Shown here: piece after piece, positions 28,546-43,789 of the stretch
How the letters are laid out: the number at the start of each line of letters is the position of its first letter
How positions within the stretch are numbered: position 1 is the first letter of the stretch
Notes under the pieces: model-generated
Database searches by the model: none
What the model saw: only the letters and a program-made list of their open reading frames with translations
What the model was told of the DNA's origin: nothing
Translations under genes and position numbers: made by a program
Source of the DNA: the human T2T-CHM13v2.0 reference genome, Homo sapiens
Length of the DNA stretch: 64,000 nucleotides
Strand: one strand, 5' to 3'
NCBI RefSeq assembly: GCF_009914755.1
Contig: NC_060928.1

Positions 28546-29345
28546 AAAAAAACCCATATATTTCTATTTGATGAGAAGCTCCTTCCCTCAAAATATTCTT
28601 ATATCTGCAACTATTTCCTCCTAACAGGGAAAGTGAGTAAGTGGTGATAAATTTGTCTCCATGAATCAGTTCTTTTCCAGAAACTGTTTTAATATAAAGC
28701 CCAATATCCAGTATCACCCTAACAGACAGCACTTATGAGGTATATAGAGCTGAAAGAGGCCCACAGAAACCCCCTCATTCAAAACCTAAAAGTGTATTAA
28801 GTCAATCATGATAAGAGACAAATACACTCTGGGTAGTTACACATTCCTCAGACGGTAATATGAACAGCAGCCACCGACAACTGGTGCTCCTGGTTTAGTG
28901 TTGGATAGGCTGTTTGGAAACTTGTCTCTCCAAACAGCCCCTTCCAATATTCTTCATGTCTTCATGGCAGCAGCATTCTCTCAACACCAACCTGGAAATG
29001 GGGGGCACTCCTACTACTCCCCTTCATCTCCTTCACTGACTCAGCATGCCCCTCGGACCACTGCTTTGGAATGTCTCACATCTGGCTTTCCCATTCCCAT
29101 CCGAATTAGGTAATTCTGTTTGGGAGCATACCACTTTACACCAGTATTACTGCAGGGGCCACATTCCCAGATCCTGGCTTTTCTCCTCTGGGCCATCGGG
29201 CTTTGAGATACCTTAACTTAATCGTGCCATATCTAAAGAACTTCACCACAACATGGTCCATGCAATTCTACTTTTATAAACAAAACCAAACATGGTAACA
29301 TACATGCATGCACATATTTATTTTAAAATTTTTGACTGAATATAT

Positions 29346-29648
29346 CAGGGGCCAGCAAATCTTTTTTTCTGTAAAGAGCCATTTAGTAAATATTTTAGGT
29401 TCTGAGGGCCAAAGGACAAAATCGAGGCTCTAATGTAGGGAGAAAACACATTTCTACAAATTTTTGGTTGGCAAAATTCAAAACTTTATTTCTGGACACT
29501 AAAATCTGAATTTTGTTCAACTTTCACATGCCATGAAACATTACCATTATTTTGAAAATCTTTTCAACCATTTAAACTTGCAAAAATCACTCTTAGCACA
29601 TGGGCCATACAAAACATCAGGCAGGCTAGGGTTTTGGCTCATGGGTCA
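29346..29648. mobile_element. MER58B-like hAT-Charlie non-autonomous DNA transposon
   Basis: CAGGGGCCAGCAAA...TCTGTAAAGAGCCA...TAGTAAATATTTTAGG...CATTCTTAGC-like...GGGCCATACAAAA...TTTGGCTCATGGG. Confidence 0.8.
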
Positions 29649-29799
29649 GAATGTACGTCAAGTGGTTAAAACTGTGGTTAGGTCTAAGAAGAGGAAGTAG
29701 AACAAAAGACAAGGTTTTTTCTCTTCACTTTTAAATTAAGACATGTCTGTATTTTATTATAGACATATATTACTTTTATGTTCTGAAAAACAGTAACAT

Positions 29800-30247
<448 letters not shown>

Positions 30248-30249
30248 CT

Positions 30250-30560
30250 AAGATGCCTTGCACCTCTCCTGTTTTCACACGTTTGTTGCCTGGCAAAATC
30301 ACACTCATATTTCAAGGCTTATTTCTTATTTCCTAACGTTCTCCTGCAAGGCTTCCACATCTATGACAGTATGGGGAAATCTTCAGTCATCTGATCATCA
30401 CTTGTCAGTTAATTTAGTGTGTGTTTAATCTCGTCTCCTAATTAGTATATCAGCTCCCCACAGGCAGGGACCACCTTAGAATCTTCAGTGGCCTCCAAGG
30501 CACCAAGCACAGCGATGAGTCCCCACCTCTGTCTTCCACAAATACTGGACAGCTATTGAT
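30250..30560 (+). mobile_element. L2 fragment
   Basis: GCCTGGCAAAATCACACTCATATTTCAAGGCTTA...TCAGCTCCCCACAGGCAGGGACC resembles the L2 3' region. Confidence 0.55.
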
Positions 30561-30759
30561 TTGGTCAACCTATGCTAAAACACAACTGTAGAATATTTTT
30601 AAAGTGTACTAGAATCAGTGGATGAAAGAAAGATAGAAATTTTGTCTTCATTTTTAAACATATTTCTTAACTTTTAGAACTGTCCAACAATGAAATATGC
30701 TACCTCTTGAAATAACAAATTTCCTGACACTAAAAAGTATTCAAAACACAAGTGTCTGA

Positions 30760-30860
30760 CCATCTGTCAGGGATTCTGTAGAAGGAATTCCTGTATTATT
30801 TAGGTCAGACCACACGGCCTCTAAAGTCCCTTCTCACTCAAGAATCTCTTATTCTGATGA
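30760..30860 (+). mobile_element. L3/MIR3-type 3' terminus
   Basis: CCTCTAAAGTCCCTTCTCACTCAAGAATCTCTTATTCTG resembles the CR1/MIR3 tail. Confidence 0.55.
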
Positions 30861-31767
30861 ACTCTATTCCCCTACCCCAAATATCTCATTTATTTCTTAA
30901 AATTAAGTGATTCAAAGTAACAGGGGTGACAAGTTCACAACACAGATAATAAAAAAAAACCTACTTCTTTGTCATTTTTTGAAATTCTATGGGTATATAA
31001 AGATGGTATTAATTAGTTTGTTTTAAGCAGGCTTGGTATGTATGATAAACCACCAGCACTAACCTGAAGAAAAAAATCCCAGAGCAGTGAGAATTTTTTT
31101 GCCCCTTATTTAGAAAGATCCCTGGGGATGGTTTGCTTATTGTTTTTGTTTATTTGTTTGCTTATTCTTTTCACTATATTACTGGGTTGCTGTCACTAAT
31201 CAGCTGCCTGGACGACAACATGTAAATCATAAATACATCTATATTTTGCTTATCTTGAATCTGGCTTTCTAGAACCTTTAGAATTCTGCAAAATCCCCAG
31301 ATTCAAAAGGAGCTTAGAAACAGATATTTTACCACCTCTTGGGAGGTAAAAATATAGCTCCTTGAGCACTCAGCTACATGTAAACATGACTACAAAAAGC
31401 CAAAGGTACAAAATTACACATCATGAGTTCTTTCATCAAGTATATCTACTCAGTACCCACCATGGGCAGTCAGGCAGTGCTCTAAGTACCAGAGACAGAT
31501 GGTGACCAAAGACCCAGATCCTAACTGAAGGATTTACACTGGTCACCAAATGAAGGGCCAGTTAGTAGTTTAAAAAAAAAAAAGGTAAGAAATACATTGA
31601 CTGGCTTGCAGTACCTATAAAAGACATTATCCAAAAACCTAGAAATGGAGAACTGATGATAGGAGAGAAAACAGAAAAAAGAAAAGCACATGGAAAGAAG
31701 AGAAAGGGGAAAATGAGGCAAGATGAGAATCAGCTGCAGCAACAGGGGTGTGTGGCATTAGAAGTAA

Positions 31768-32535
<768 letters not shown>

Positions 32536-32584
32536 GGTTCTATCCCACTCTAAGTCTTCTGATCATAAAAACCAATCAGGAGTT

Positions 32585-32788
32585 ACAATAATAGCTTATG
32601 ATTATTGAGTGCTTACTCTGTGCAGGCACGAAGCCAGGAACATTAATGGATTATCCCAACAGTCCTATTACATGGGGTCCATTCTGGGGCAACAACAACA
32701 ACAAAAAATGCAGATTAGAAAAGCTTAGTAACTTGCCCAAATCAGAAGCATAATAAATAACAAAGTCAGGATTTAAGCCAACCAGTGC
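32585..32788 (-). mobile_element. MIR
   Basis: ATTATTGAGTGCTTACTCTGTGCAGGCAC...AGTAACTTGCCCAA...CAGGATTTAAGCC. Confidence 0.6.
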
Positions 32789-32789
32789 C

Positions 32790-32980
32790 CAGCCTGGGCA
32801 ATGAAGCAAGACCCCCGTCTCTACGAAAAATTTAAAAATTAGCCAGGTGGGATGGCATGCATCTGTAGTCCCAGCTATTTGGGCGGTTAATGTGGGAGGA
32901 TCGCTTGAGCTCAGAAGTTCAAGGCTGCAATGAGCTATGATAGCATTCCAGCTTGGGCAACAGAACGAGATCTTGTCTCT
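32790..32980 (+). mobile_element. AluJ fragment
   Basis: GGGAGGATCGCTTGAGCTCAGAAGTTCAAGGCTGCAATGAGCTATGAT (J-type right arm). Confidence 0.9.
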
Positions 32981-33979
32981 ATTATATATATATTTCCCCA
33001 AAAGACTAATATGGACTCCAGGAGTATTTGCCAGAAGATTTTTTTTTCTGAAATTACAGAAAGAAGACAAAATCTTTTTGTCTTAAATCTTTTCTGTTTT
33101 ACCAACATTAAAACAGAAGAAACCTAAGAACAGCCCCTTGGTCAGCAAAAGAATGTTCTAAGGTGATGGCTAAGATAATATTTTATCAGTCTTTAAGAGA
33201 AACGCAATATTCCGCATAGTTGAATATCCAGATAACTTGAAGATTATCGCTGAAGTAAAAGGCACTTTTATGGAAATCTTTCTAAAACATTAGATATTTA
33301 TATTCCTGTATTCTTAAACAGAAAATACCATATTCTTGATGGTTTATTATGAGATCATCGTTATGAATATTAGTAGTAATAATGGGCTGCAATTCAATTA
33401 TCTTTGGGTTGGGGAGGTATTAAACTCATTAGGGCTTTTTGATCTTGCATTCAAGGACCCCAAATACCATGTCTTCCAGGTCTCCAAGTCTGCTTTTTGT
33501 ATTTCTTTTCTTCCTGTTCTCTGCTATTTTTGTCCTTGTTGCTTTCACCCTGCTTCTAGTCTTCTTCCTCATTTTATACATGGTTGGCTTATGGAGGATC
33601 TCAAAGTGACTCCATGCCTTGCCAGGGTTCAGTGTGAAGGCCCCCACCGCCACCACCACCTTTCTCTGAGTTGTGGGGTTTTTTTTTCAACTCACTTCCA
33701 GGTTCAGATGACTGAGGTTGATGAAAGACCTCTGATTAAACGTACAGTTACTCTGTCCCTTTTTAAAAATGCTTTTTAAAAAAAATGGAATGTAGATTAC
33801 TGAAGAAGTTTTACTTTATTCATTTAAGAAGTTAAAAGGTACCATACCCTTTCAAAATTAAATATTAACAAATAATGGACAAGGAAGGAAAAAATTGCAT
33901 GACTCTTTCAAAAAGTAAAATAGACCCATGTTTTCCCTTTGGAACACTTTGTCTTTGAAGCCCTTCAAGCTCAGAGTAC

Positions 33980-34102
33980 TTTTTTTTTTTAGTAGTGGGT
34001 CTATGTTGCCCAGGCTGGTCTCAAACTCCTGGGCTCAAGCAATCCTTCCACCTCAGCCTCCCAATGTGCTAGGATTACAGGCATGAGCCACCGTGCCTAG
34101 CC
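33980..34102 (-). mobile_element. FLAM-type Alu monomer
   Basis: Single left monomer with T tail; degenerate TSD CAAG...AGAGTA. Confidence 0.88.
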
Positions 34103-35792
34103 CCAAGTTTAGAGTATTTTTAAAAATTACTAATTTAAGTTTCTTTGCTAAGAAAAGAGAACCTAACATTTGATGTAATTTTTTCATTATTCCTGCTGAG
34201 TAGATAGATATTGGACATAAAATGAACAATCACATATATTATATATAATAAAATTATATTGTTAGATATAATACATGTATATATATATATGGCATTATTG
34301 TTAATCTATATTTTCTTAGTATTTGTATCTTGCCTGTCTCAGTTATTTCATGTTCTCATGTTTTAACATAGTGTCTAACTCATCATGTTCTAGCTTTCTG
34401 GTATTCCCATTATTTTAATCCACTATCATTTTGTTTCATTAGTCTCCTATTTGAGCATTTAATTTGTTTTATAATTTTTTTCCTGTTCTTCTGAATTAAT
34501 CCTTTGGGTCTAAACAAGGACCTTCATGTTATTGGCCCAATAAGAAATCCAAACACAGTTAGAACAGAGAATAAAGGAAGAAAAAGAAAAAGAGAATCGG
34601 TATGAGACAAATGAAAGAAGAGTCTGGGGCTATGTTTTCTCCTGAGAAGATGGCATCTTCTATATAAAACGCCGGTAATGGCATCTGTTCTTCTGCATAT
34701 GCTGAACAACACTGTGATTCAGGTGAAGATTGTTTTTTTCAATGTGATTTCACTTTTGCCTAGATTATTTAAATGCAGAGCAGAATCAGAAGGCAGTGCT
34801 TTCTAGGACAACTCTCATTATTTCTACTGGAGCTTTACTTTCATTTAAAAAAAATCTGTCTAAAAGAAGCAAAGAAACAGGTACCTTTATATTACCAAAA
34901 GCTTTAGGGCATCTTTAAGCTTGAGGAAGAAAAGAAAACCTCTTTCTTACTCATTGTAATATCCCTAGCACAGTCACGGGAGCATACCAGGTAAAATCAA
35001 CACAGTCACAAGGCAAAGTGGGGATTCAATGAACACTTCTGAGAGCAATGCCTGCTGGCAGGGAGGGTGTTCCTTTCCCTGAAGGAAATCACTTCTCTTT
35101 ACTGTACACAGACTTATGGATGGAAAAGTTTCAAACATCTGATAACACCCAGTTCCTAAGGAATGTGCTCAGGAACAGCTGCTGACTGAGGATGATTTAG
35201 GGCAAAGGTGAAAAGAAATGCTCTGACATTCTCATTATCTGATTATTAAGGAGATTTTAAAAATACTTATTATTTTAAAAACTCATAAAAGAAATGCATA
35301 AAGAAATGGCTGAATGTCAAGAAAGGAATTACCACATCTAGGCCAGAAGATAGTCTGATATAGGTCAAATTTCATAAATTCATATTAGCATATTCCTCAC
35401 TGAGAGGAGGCTGGGGTGAAAACTGACCTATATAATTTTAAGTGTGTCTACAAGAGCTAAAGACCAAGATAAGATATAGGAAAAAATTAAAGGATTTGTT
35501 AGTTTTGCAGAAATTGTCAGGGTTTCTATAGCATTATAATGGCAAAATCAAATATGCATCTTTTTCAAAAAGAACAGCAAAAGGCATCTAAAGCATTGGC
35601 AAAAATGTTTTTCTCCAACAAAATAATTATGATATATGAAAGTCAAAAGATCCCCAATTTTTGATATGATGTGATATATATGATAGAATATCTATTTTTA
35701 TTTCAATTAATAAAGGTCTAGAAAAGTTTAGCTGGGGTTTGCAAGGACATCAAAACAAAGGAACAATAGAGCCATTAGAAGCTACAAGCCTA

Positions 35793-36157
<365 letters not shown>

Positions 36158-38030
36158 CTAAGTTCTCTTAATTTAACCCCCAATATGCTTCCCCAATACA
36201 GCTCAGTAACACAGTTCTGAAAAACATTATAAGAATTTCTTTGAACAGGGCATTAGATCTTTGAACAGGGCATGTCTAGTCACAGCAAATGCATAGAATG
36301 CCATTTCAAAGACAGACACTAAATTAAAAGGAAAGTTAACAGTCTTGCTTATTTTACGGATTTCTCCTACAAAGAGTGTCAGATCCTTTATTAATGTTAT
36401 AAAATAGTGTTTGAATAACCATTGCCTAAGTAAAATGTCACTATTATAAATGATATTCTGATGCCCTCAAATATTCTAGAATTCATTTAAATACAGGTAT
36501 TGAATATTTTGTTATTCATATAAAAGTAAAATGTTTGACCTATTCCTAATTACGATATTAATATAACAATCAGCGTGACCACATATAATAGTGGAAATCT
36601 ACATACATATGCCATTGGATTTCAGTCACAGGGCCCAGGTTCTAGCTGAAATTCAGCAGAGCATCATCTGCTAAGTTAAATAGGAAGGGAAAAGCAGCAA
36701 CTGGAGCCCCAGAAATCTTTGTTTTCATTCCAAGTTACCATGAAGAAATATGATGGCTCAGGTTTTATACAGTCAGGAGTGACAAAAAGGCACGCACGTT
36801 TGATGTGGACTTCTACGTGGTCCCCACAAGCAGAATTGGATTGTCAAAGCTCTACTCATCTTCCCTTTATTTTTCCTGTTCCCTCAGCCACCAGCACCAA
36901 ATCCTAGAGCCGTATTTCATTTTTCAGTGAACACCCTGGGAACAGTCATCGCTTTTTACAGGAATCGGACTCAAAAGAAAACACAGTCCCTAAGTAAGTT
37001 AAACAGTTCAGTGCACCAAGGAGATTTATCAGAGAGAGAGATCTGCCTAATGAAAGTAACCTCCTAACTACGATATGGGAGACTGCATTCACTGTCTAGT
37101 CAAAAAACATACTGCCTCTGATACAGGAGGAAGACAGCAATCTAGCACAGCTAAGATTGGCAGGAAACAAAATGCTGTTCTTAGAAGTTCTGGTATGAAA
37201 GAATTCTGAAGGATTTCTGTAATCAAAACAATGATCAAAGTTCACCATGATGCAAGAATTCCAGTACGTCAACTCAAGGCAAGTAACAAGACCAAGTTTG
37301 CATGCAGTTACTAAAATACAACCTTGGCCAGTAAAAATTTGTGCCAACCTAGACATAGTTTTCACCTATTTAATGAAAAATAAGAAAATATGATGTTCAG
37401 AATGGAAATGGTTTTCATGAGGAAGGCTGTTGCTTCTCTCAGAAGCGGTCACCTTAGTCCAAAGCTTGTTACTTAGACTTCATTTGGTGTTGGCAGAAAT
37501 TACCACTAACTGGCAAAAGGAACTGAGAAGAGAATGACAATATGGTGCCTGTATATGCAACTGCCACAGAGCCCAGTGTTTTGACATTGTTACTGAAACA
37601 AACTCAACTATTTATGAGAGCTACATTGAATCAGACAGTTGGTGTGGCAGAAAAAAACATCTGTTTCTGAAGTCTTTTTGTCTAGAAAGTCACTAAGAAA
37701 GGAGGAGAATGTACAGCAATCCCCAACACAAATACCTCCAAAAAACCATAAATAGCATTGTCAAGTAGGAACAGATACCTCCCGCCCCCATTATAACAAC
37801 ACCCAGCAGACTTGGTTACTTAGGAGCCTCAGATGACGCATCACTGTGGACAGCAATCTCTCTTCTGGATAGTTCAAAGTTTCCCTCCTCACACACTGAA
37901 AAAGGTTTTTTTAAAAAATTATTTTGAGTAACATACCTTCAGACCCTTTTGCCTTCTTAAGCAGAGAACATGAACAAAATTAAACTTTTTTCTTGATCTC
38001 TGGATCATGAAAATCAGACAGTTTAACAGG

Positions 38031-38227
38031 CAGTGGTGAACTGTCTCCCACACCATCATGGTTCCAGGACCAGCAGCACTGGCATCACCTTGACAGAACT
38101 GCAAATACTGTACTCAGACCCCTCCCAGACCTATTAAATCAGATATTCTTGGGGCAGGGCCACGCTATCTATGTTTAAGCAAGCCCACAAGATGACTGTG
38201 ATGGAGGCTAAGGTTTAACGACCAGTG
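38031..38227. mobile_element. MER5A hAT-Charlie MITE
   Basis: CAGTGGT...GGACCAGCAGCACTGGCATCACCT...CCAGACCTATTAAATCAGA...CTAAGGTTTAACGACCAGTG. Confidence 0.85.
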
Positions 38228-38709
38228 TCAGCTACTAAATGACTCTAAATTGCTGCGCTCTGAGAGTTTTCTGTCTGCTTTCAATGGGTTTTCCTACTAC
38301 TTGCTATTATTATTTATTTCTGCCCACCAGGTAGCTGCCTTTGTTAGTTCTACTCTCTTCTAATTTGCTGTATCTAATCTGCTATAAGCTTAGAAATCAG
38401 TTGTTGCAGTTGCTAAAATCACATATACAATACAAATAGGTAGGATGAAATGAGTAAACAACTGCTTAGGAATGGGAAAAGCACCGCTATGAGGAAAGTG
38501 CACAGTTCCAGGACATAGATTTTGAGTATCTATTTTGGTTATGTAGAAGTCTTTTCCACTTATTTCCTCAACTGCACAGTACTTCCTTGAGTCTACTCAT
38601 CAGGAGAAGAGGTTGCTGGATACTGAATTCTGGTCGATAAACACGTTTCTGTAGTTTACAAGTGAGTAACTGCAACATTTATCTTAATATTTTTCATAGA
38701 AAGTATTAC

Positions 38710-38920
38710 CACTCATTAAATATTTGCTATGTGCCAGGCACTGTGCTAAACATTTTATATACATTATTTACTTAGCTCCTCACAACATGATGCAAGTATT
38801 ATTAGCCCCATTCTAGATGAGAAAACAGAGGCAATTTGCTATTGAGTAATCTGCTTAAGACCATAGGGCTATTAAGAAGCATGGCCAGAACTCAAGTTCG
38901 CTGGATTTCAAAGCCAAACA
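38710..38920 (-). mobile_element. MIR
   Basis: TATGTGCCAGGCACTGTGCTAAAC...CCTCACAAC...CCCCATTCTAGATGAGAAAACAGAGGC. Confidence 0.85.
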
Positions 38921-38958
38921 ATTTTACCTATTTTTATTAATATCTCTTGACCATGCAG

Positions 38959-39072
38959 GAAAGAGACAGCCAGGCCTGAACTCAAAACTTAGAAGACAGA
39001 GACACAGAGAGGGAATGAAAGCCACAGAGAGAGAAAATGAATCTCAAGAGGAGGACAGGACTGTAATAAGCG
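38959..39072 (+). other. Candidate non-coding exon (114 nt)
   Basis: Acceptor ...TCTCTTGACCATGCAG|G, purine-rich body, donor GCG|GTCAGT; no transcript evidence available. Confidence 0.3.
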
Positions 39073-39396
39073 GTCAGTATTTAAAGATGCATAGATAGAT
39101 CCTTCCTAGGAAATAATCAGGAAGACAAGTGACTCAAGTCATGCCATTCTGTCTGGAAAGCCAAAGCCTGCCAGTGTCCCTGGTAAGAGAGGTCCCCTGT
39201 CCTCCTCCCACACACTCACTGTGGGGCCCTCTCAGCACTATCTCTGCTTCCTACCTGGTCCACATTTTGGGTAGCCTTAATGGATTTCCCAATTTACTTC
39301 CCACAGGGGCCAATATTCCCTTTTATAGCTTGCTTTGGGGTCTTTACAGTTATTATTTAAGCTTGTTTAAAACACACATCATCTTCTTATTTGCAG

Positions 39397-39533
39397 ACAT
39401 CATGAAGTTAGAATCTTCCAGCAGAAGACTGAAATACTGTAACTGACAGTAACTGACCATCTGGAACACTATAAATGTCTTCTTTACTTCTTACTTTGTT
39501 TATTTGTTTGCTTGCTTGCTTTAAAAAAAAAAA
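39397..39533 (+). other. Candidate terminal non-coding exon
   Basis: Acceptor ATCTTCTTATTTGCAG|A lies 324 nt after the donor; TATAAA variant polyA signal at 39470; genomic A run at 39523-39533. Confidence 0.25.
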
Positions 39534-41889
39534 GTAAAAGGAAAGATTTCAAGTTGTCTTTCTTTTAGCCCAAGATTTTGCTAAACATACGGTAGCACTA
39601 TGATACGTTGTGTGGTGCTCTCTAGAACACTGAATATACAAACAGATGCTATAGGTGGATATGAAATAAGTCACACTAGGCATGCTGAAAGAGGTTATTT
39701 AAGAATGTGCTCATCAAGCATCAAGACACACCCTGTATCTTCTTAGACCCCTTCTCCTCCTTAGAACTCCTGGGAAAACTCCATTTCTTACCTTGTCCCC
39801 ATTTCTTACATCGTCCCCACTTCTTACTGGGGAAAATCAGACGTAAACTTTGTATTTTAATAATTTGGTTCTAATCCATATTTAATCACATAAATGGGCC
39901 TCTGCTTTCTAAATTTCAAACAATCCCCTTTGATTTGGTTCTTTGAAGAATCTATGGTCATTGTGGAGGTATTTCAGGAAAAAAAATGTATTCTATAAAG
40001 TACCTACTGCAATGACTGAATTGAGAGGTAAATCCAATTATTTCATAAGCAAGGTATCTTAGCATTCTGATATAACACTCATGCCAGGGGAAATGTAAGC
40101 AGGACATTCAAAGCCTTTTGCGTTTTGATAAGATGAAATGTAAAGGGAACACAAGTATCCAAACTTTCTCAATTGGTGGCACATAAAAGTGCTTTACTGA
40201 TGTGTAAATGTTTCTGTTGTTTACATAGTTGGGTTAGAGGGTGGCTTTCTGCTTTTCCACACTTCAAGAACGAGTTTTTTGGGCTGATTCCTCGATGAAA
40301 GGTAAAAGGTAACCATCCAGCTTGGGCTTCTAGTTCCCAGCAGATCAATAAGGAACAAAACTTGAGTCCCTTTTGACTCTGCTGTGGCCTGGTCCTCTTT
40401 GGAAGCCAATATTTAACAGTAGAGTGTATTCATCAGCTCAGTCTGTCCCTCAAGAAGAACTCGCCTTCCTTCTCTGTCTACCTATCAGCAAATCACCACT
40501 TCTCTCTCCTGACCTTCATCCCTACTCGCCTTACCAAAAACAATAGAACAACAGCTATGCCCTAAAACTGAGGGGAGACTTATAAGTTTTGTTTCTTGAA
40601 GCTCTTCTAATTACTAGAAGGTCTTCTCAAGGCCCTTTTCAAATTGCTGGAAGGCTCCAAAGATTCCAAACTTTCCATCTGCTGAAAATGAAGATTCTTT
40701 CACCCAAATCACTCAATTACTCTTTAAATTGAAAACAGAGATGACATTTTTCTAATCACCACCAGTCAGTCTGGATTGAGGTCGTCTCTGCCTTTTCACG
40801 GACATGTAAAGTCACTTGTGGGGTAAAACTCTTATCCATGAAGTTGTCTCTACCATTAAATGCCAAGACCTAGTAGCAAAACAGAAGTATAAACTTGCTT
40901 TTCTACAGAGTAAAATCCAAAAGCCACTGTTTGAAGTTACATATAGTGAGAGATGTGAAAAGTATACATTAAATTAACATTGAACACTCAGTTGTATTTG
41001 GACTTACGGTTTGCTTTTTTTTTTTCCCCGAGAAAAATTTCATCAAGGTAGAAGCCGATCTCTCTAGTATTTATTTTATAGAAGCGGAAAGAAAAGAAGT
41101 AATTATTGTACATATCAGCTGGCTCTACTGATGGTGCTGTTTCTCATATAAAACACAGCCCATTCTTTCTGCTTTTGGAAACCAGGAGCAGCCTTTCACC
41201 CACAGAGCTGTAACTTTTCAAAATCAACACTTCGTGGCTTTCCCATCTTCAAGACCTTCTGGAATAAACTCGATGCAGACAGTCTCTGCTGACCTTCACC
41301 ACTTGTCAGACTAGCAAGGCTAGCAGAGTTTGTTGTGAGAATTTGGACCCTGACTCATCCACATTAAGGTTTTTGAACCCACTCTGGAACAGACCTGCCT
41401 TATGTCTCTCCTAGGCTATCAAAAGTTACAAGTTGTATTCCCTCTTTAAAAAGTAATTGAACTCATGAATATCAAAAGCTATAGACCAATTGAATCCATG
41501 TGAGATTATTCTCATCATAAAAAGGGTTTTCCTCTGCCCAGCCCACCTCACCACCACGATTCCCAGCACCTCCATCAAACAGGAAGGTCCATAAGGAAAC
41601 ATACCACAGCACCGCTCCTGGCATGAAGAGGCTGCTCAATAAATATCTGCTCCATGCATAAATGACATCCTAACTTTACAAAAGGATTTACTCAAAGTTT
41701 TCCTCATTTGTAAGAGCTTACACAGACCTCTGATATGTGCAACTGGTGTGCACACTGTTACTGGTGACTGACCCACACACAATTTTCAGAAACACATCCA
41801 TGTGTCCACTAACCAGACCAAAAAAGATGTGTGAAAATAAGTGAATCAGACATATGAAACTTCCCAGATTAGACCTTTGCTTTTCAAAA

Positions 41890-42100
41890 CTGGTGTGTAT
41901 GAGAAGTGAATGAATTTGAGCAGCAAACAGACCTGAGTATGAATCACAACTTTGTTATCAAACAGGACTGATAATCACTCTAGCCTTGGCTTTCTAACAA
42001 TGAAGGTGGGGATAATGCCTTTGAAGTTGCTGTCAGGAGTAACTACATCATTAAGTAGCTAACATAGTGCCTTATTGCATAGAAGACATGGAATAAAGGC
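41890..42100 (+). mobile_element. MIR
   Basis: CAGACCTGAGTATGAATCAC...GTGGGGATAATGCC...AACATAGTGCCT. Confidence 0.6.
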
Positions 42101-42928
42101 CAGCTCCTGATATGTGCAACAGGTTCCCTGGATAACGTTGGCATCGCTCTACTTGCTGTTCTTGACAGAGGTTTTAGAAAGCACCATTCTGACACTTAAA
42201 ACCCAGAGCGCTCCCTAATGAAGTACAGACTTCTCAGGCCACACAAGTCAGCTTGCCCAATTTGACATGTATGTGGAAAGATGTGCCCTAGGAATTAATC
42301 TCAGAGCAGGGAATTCCAATTTAGTTCAGAATACAAGGATATCCACAAAAACAGGAGCAGGAAAAAAAATCGTATTGCTGAAAAATGACTCTATTTCCTG
42401 CAAGGTCACCAGAGGCAGGGAATATACACAGCACAGGAGGCCTGTGTGGACCTGGCCTAGAATAGCCAAACACTTGTCAGGCAGTGCCAGGACTGCCCCA
42501 GATCTACCTATCCCACCAACTGCTGCTTCCTTTCTGGGAGAACCCATCCAATTTAAGTCTCAATTAGTATCAGTTTGAACCTAATATCTGCACATCTGTG
42601 TTGAGAGATGAACTGCAAATCTTTTAGTGCCAATTTTTCAGATACAGAATGAAAGGGATTTTATACCACACAGGCTATTTTTAATCTCAAAGGTTTCCAA
42701 TCTTTTATGTAAATGGGTTAGGGCCAGCATGACTTCTACGAGCAACCGCAACAATAATGTTCATCTATGAATCCCTGAATAATACATTTTGGCATGCCTT
42801 TTCTCCAATATTAAAGCTTTCTGGAATATTTTCACTAGTCTGGAAGCAGGAAGAAGAACTCAGGATAGTAATCAATGAAGTCACTAAATGATTCAGCCCT
42901 AGTGGGCCATTCAGAACAAATTTTAGGG

Positions 42929-42955
42929 GTGTGTGTGTGTGTGTGTGTGTGTGTG
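42929..42955. repeat. (GT)n microsatellite
   Basis: About 13 perfect GT units. Confidence 0.95.
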
Positions 42956-43441
42956 AGTGAGAGAAAGAAACAGAGAGAGAATAAGAAAGAAGAGACATAG
43001 AAAAACATCTAAGACTCTCAGAAAGGATTTAATTTACTCTACTGCTCAGGGATATGACTTGAGCCCAGTTATCAAAATGGCCAAGAGTTTGCAAATCTGT
43101 CACACAGATTCTAGAGAAGTGCTTGGGATAGCCAACAAGGTTAGGGAGGGAGACAGCATACGTATTATTTACAATAAAACTTGCTAACAATGTCTATATG
43201 TAGTTAAATTGTCATGTCCTAGGATATAAACATAATTAAGGTGGGGAGGGGTATGGTTGATAGAATTAAGTTCCTAAAACAGCAGAGTTTTCTGTATTGT
43301 CTCAATATTTAAAAAGCATACTCAATGGCCAAGATTAGGCAGCTAATTCTATTTGTGATAATAAATATAACATAAGTCTGAATTTCTTCCCACATTTAAA
43401 GCTTTCAAACATTTAAAATGTATATTTCAGGTAATACATAA

Positions 43442-43760
<319 letters not shown>

Positions 43761-43789
43761 AATCTTAACCTTTCTTAATCTGCTTTTTG

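Noticed and set aside
35400-35780. Possible RTE/L4-like LINE fossil
   Set aside because: A-rich and vaguely LINE-like, but I could not read a convincing motif.
41730-42120. 14-bp direct repeat CTGATATGTGCAAC at about 41730 and 42107
   Set aside because: Short, with no extended flanking similarity; compatible with chance.
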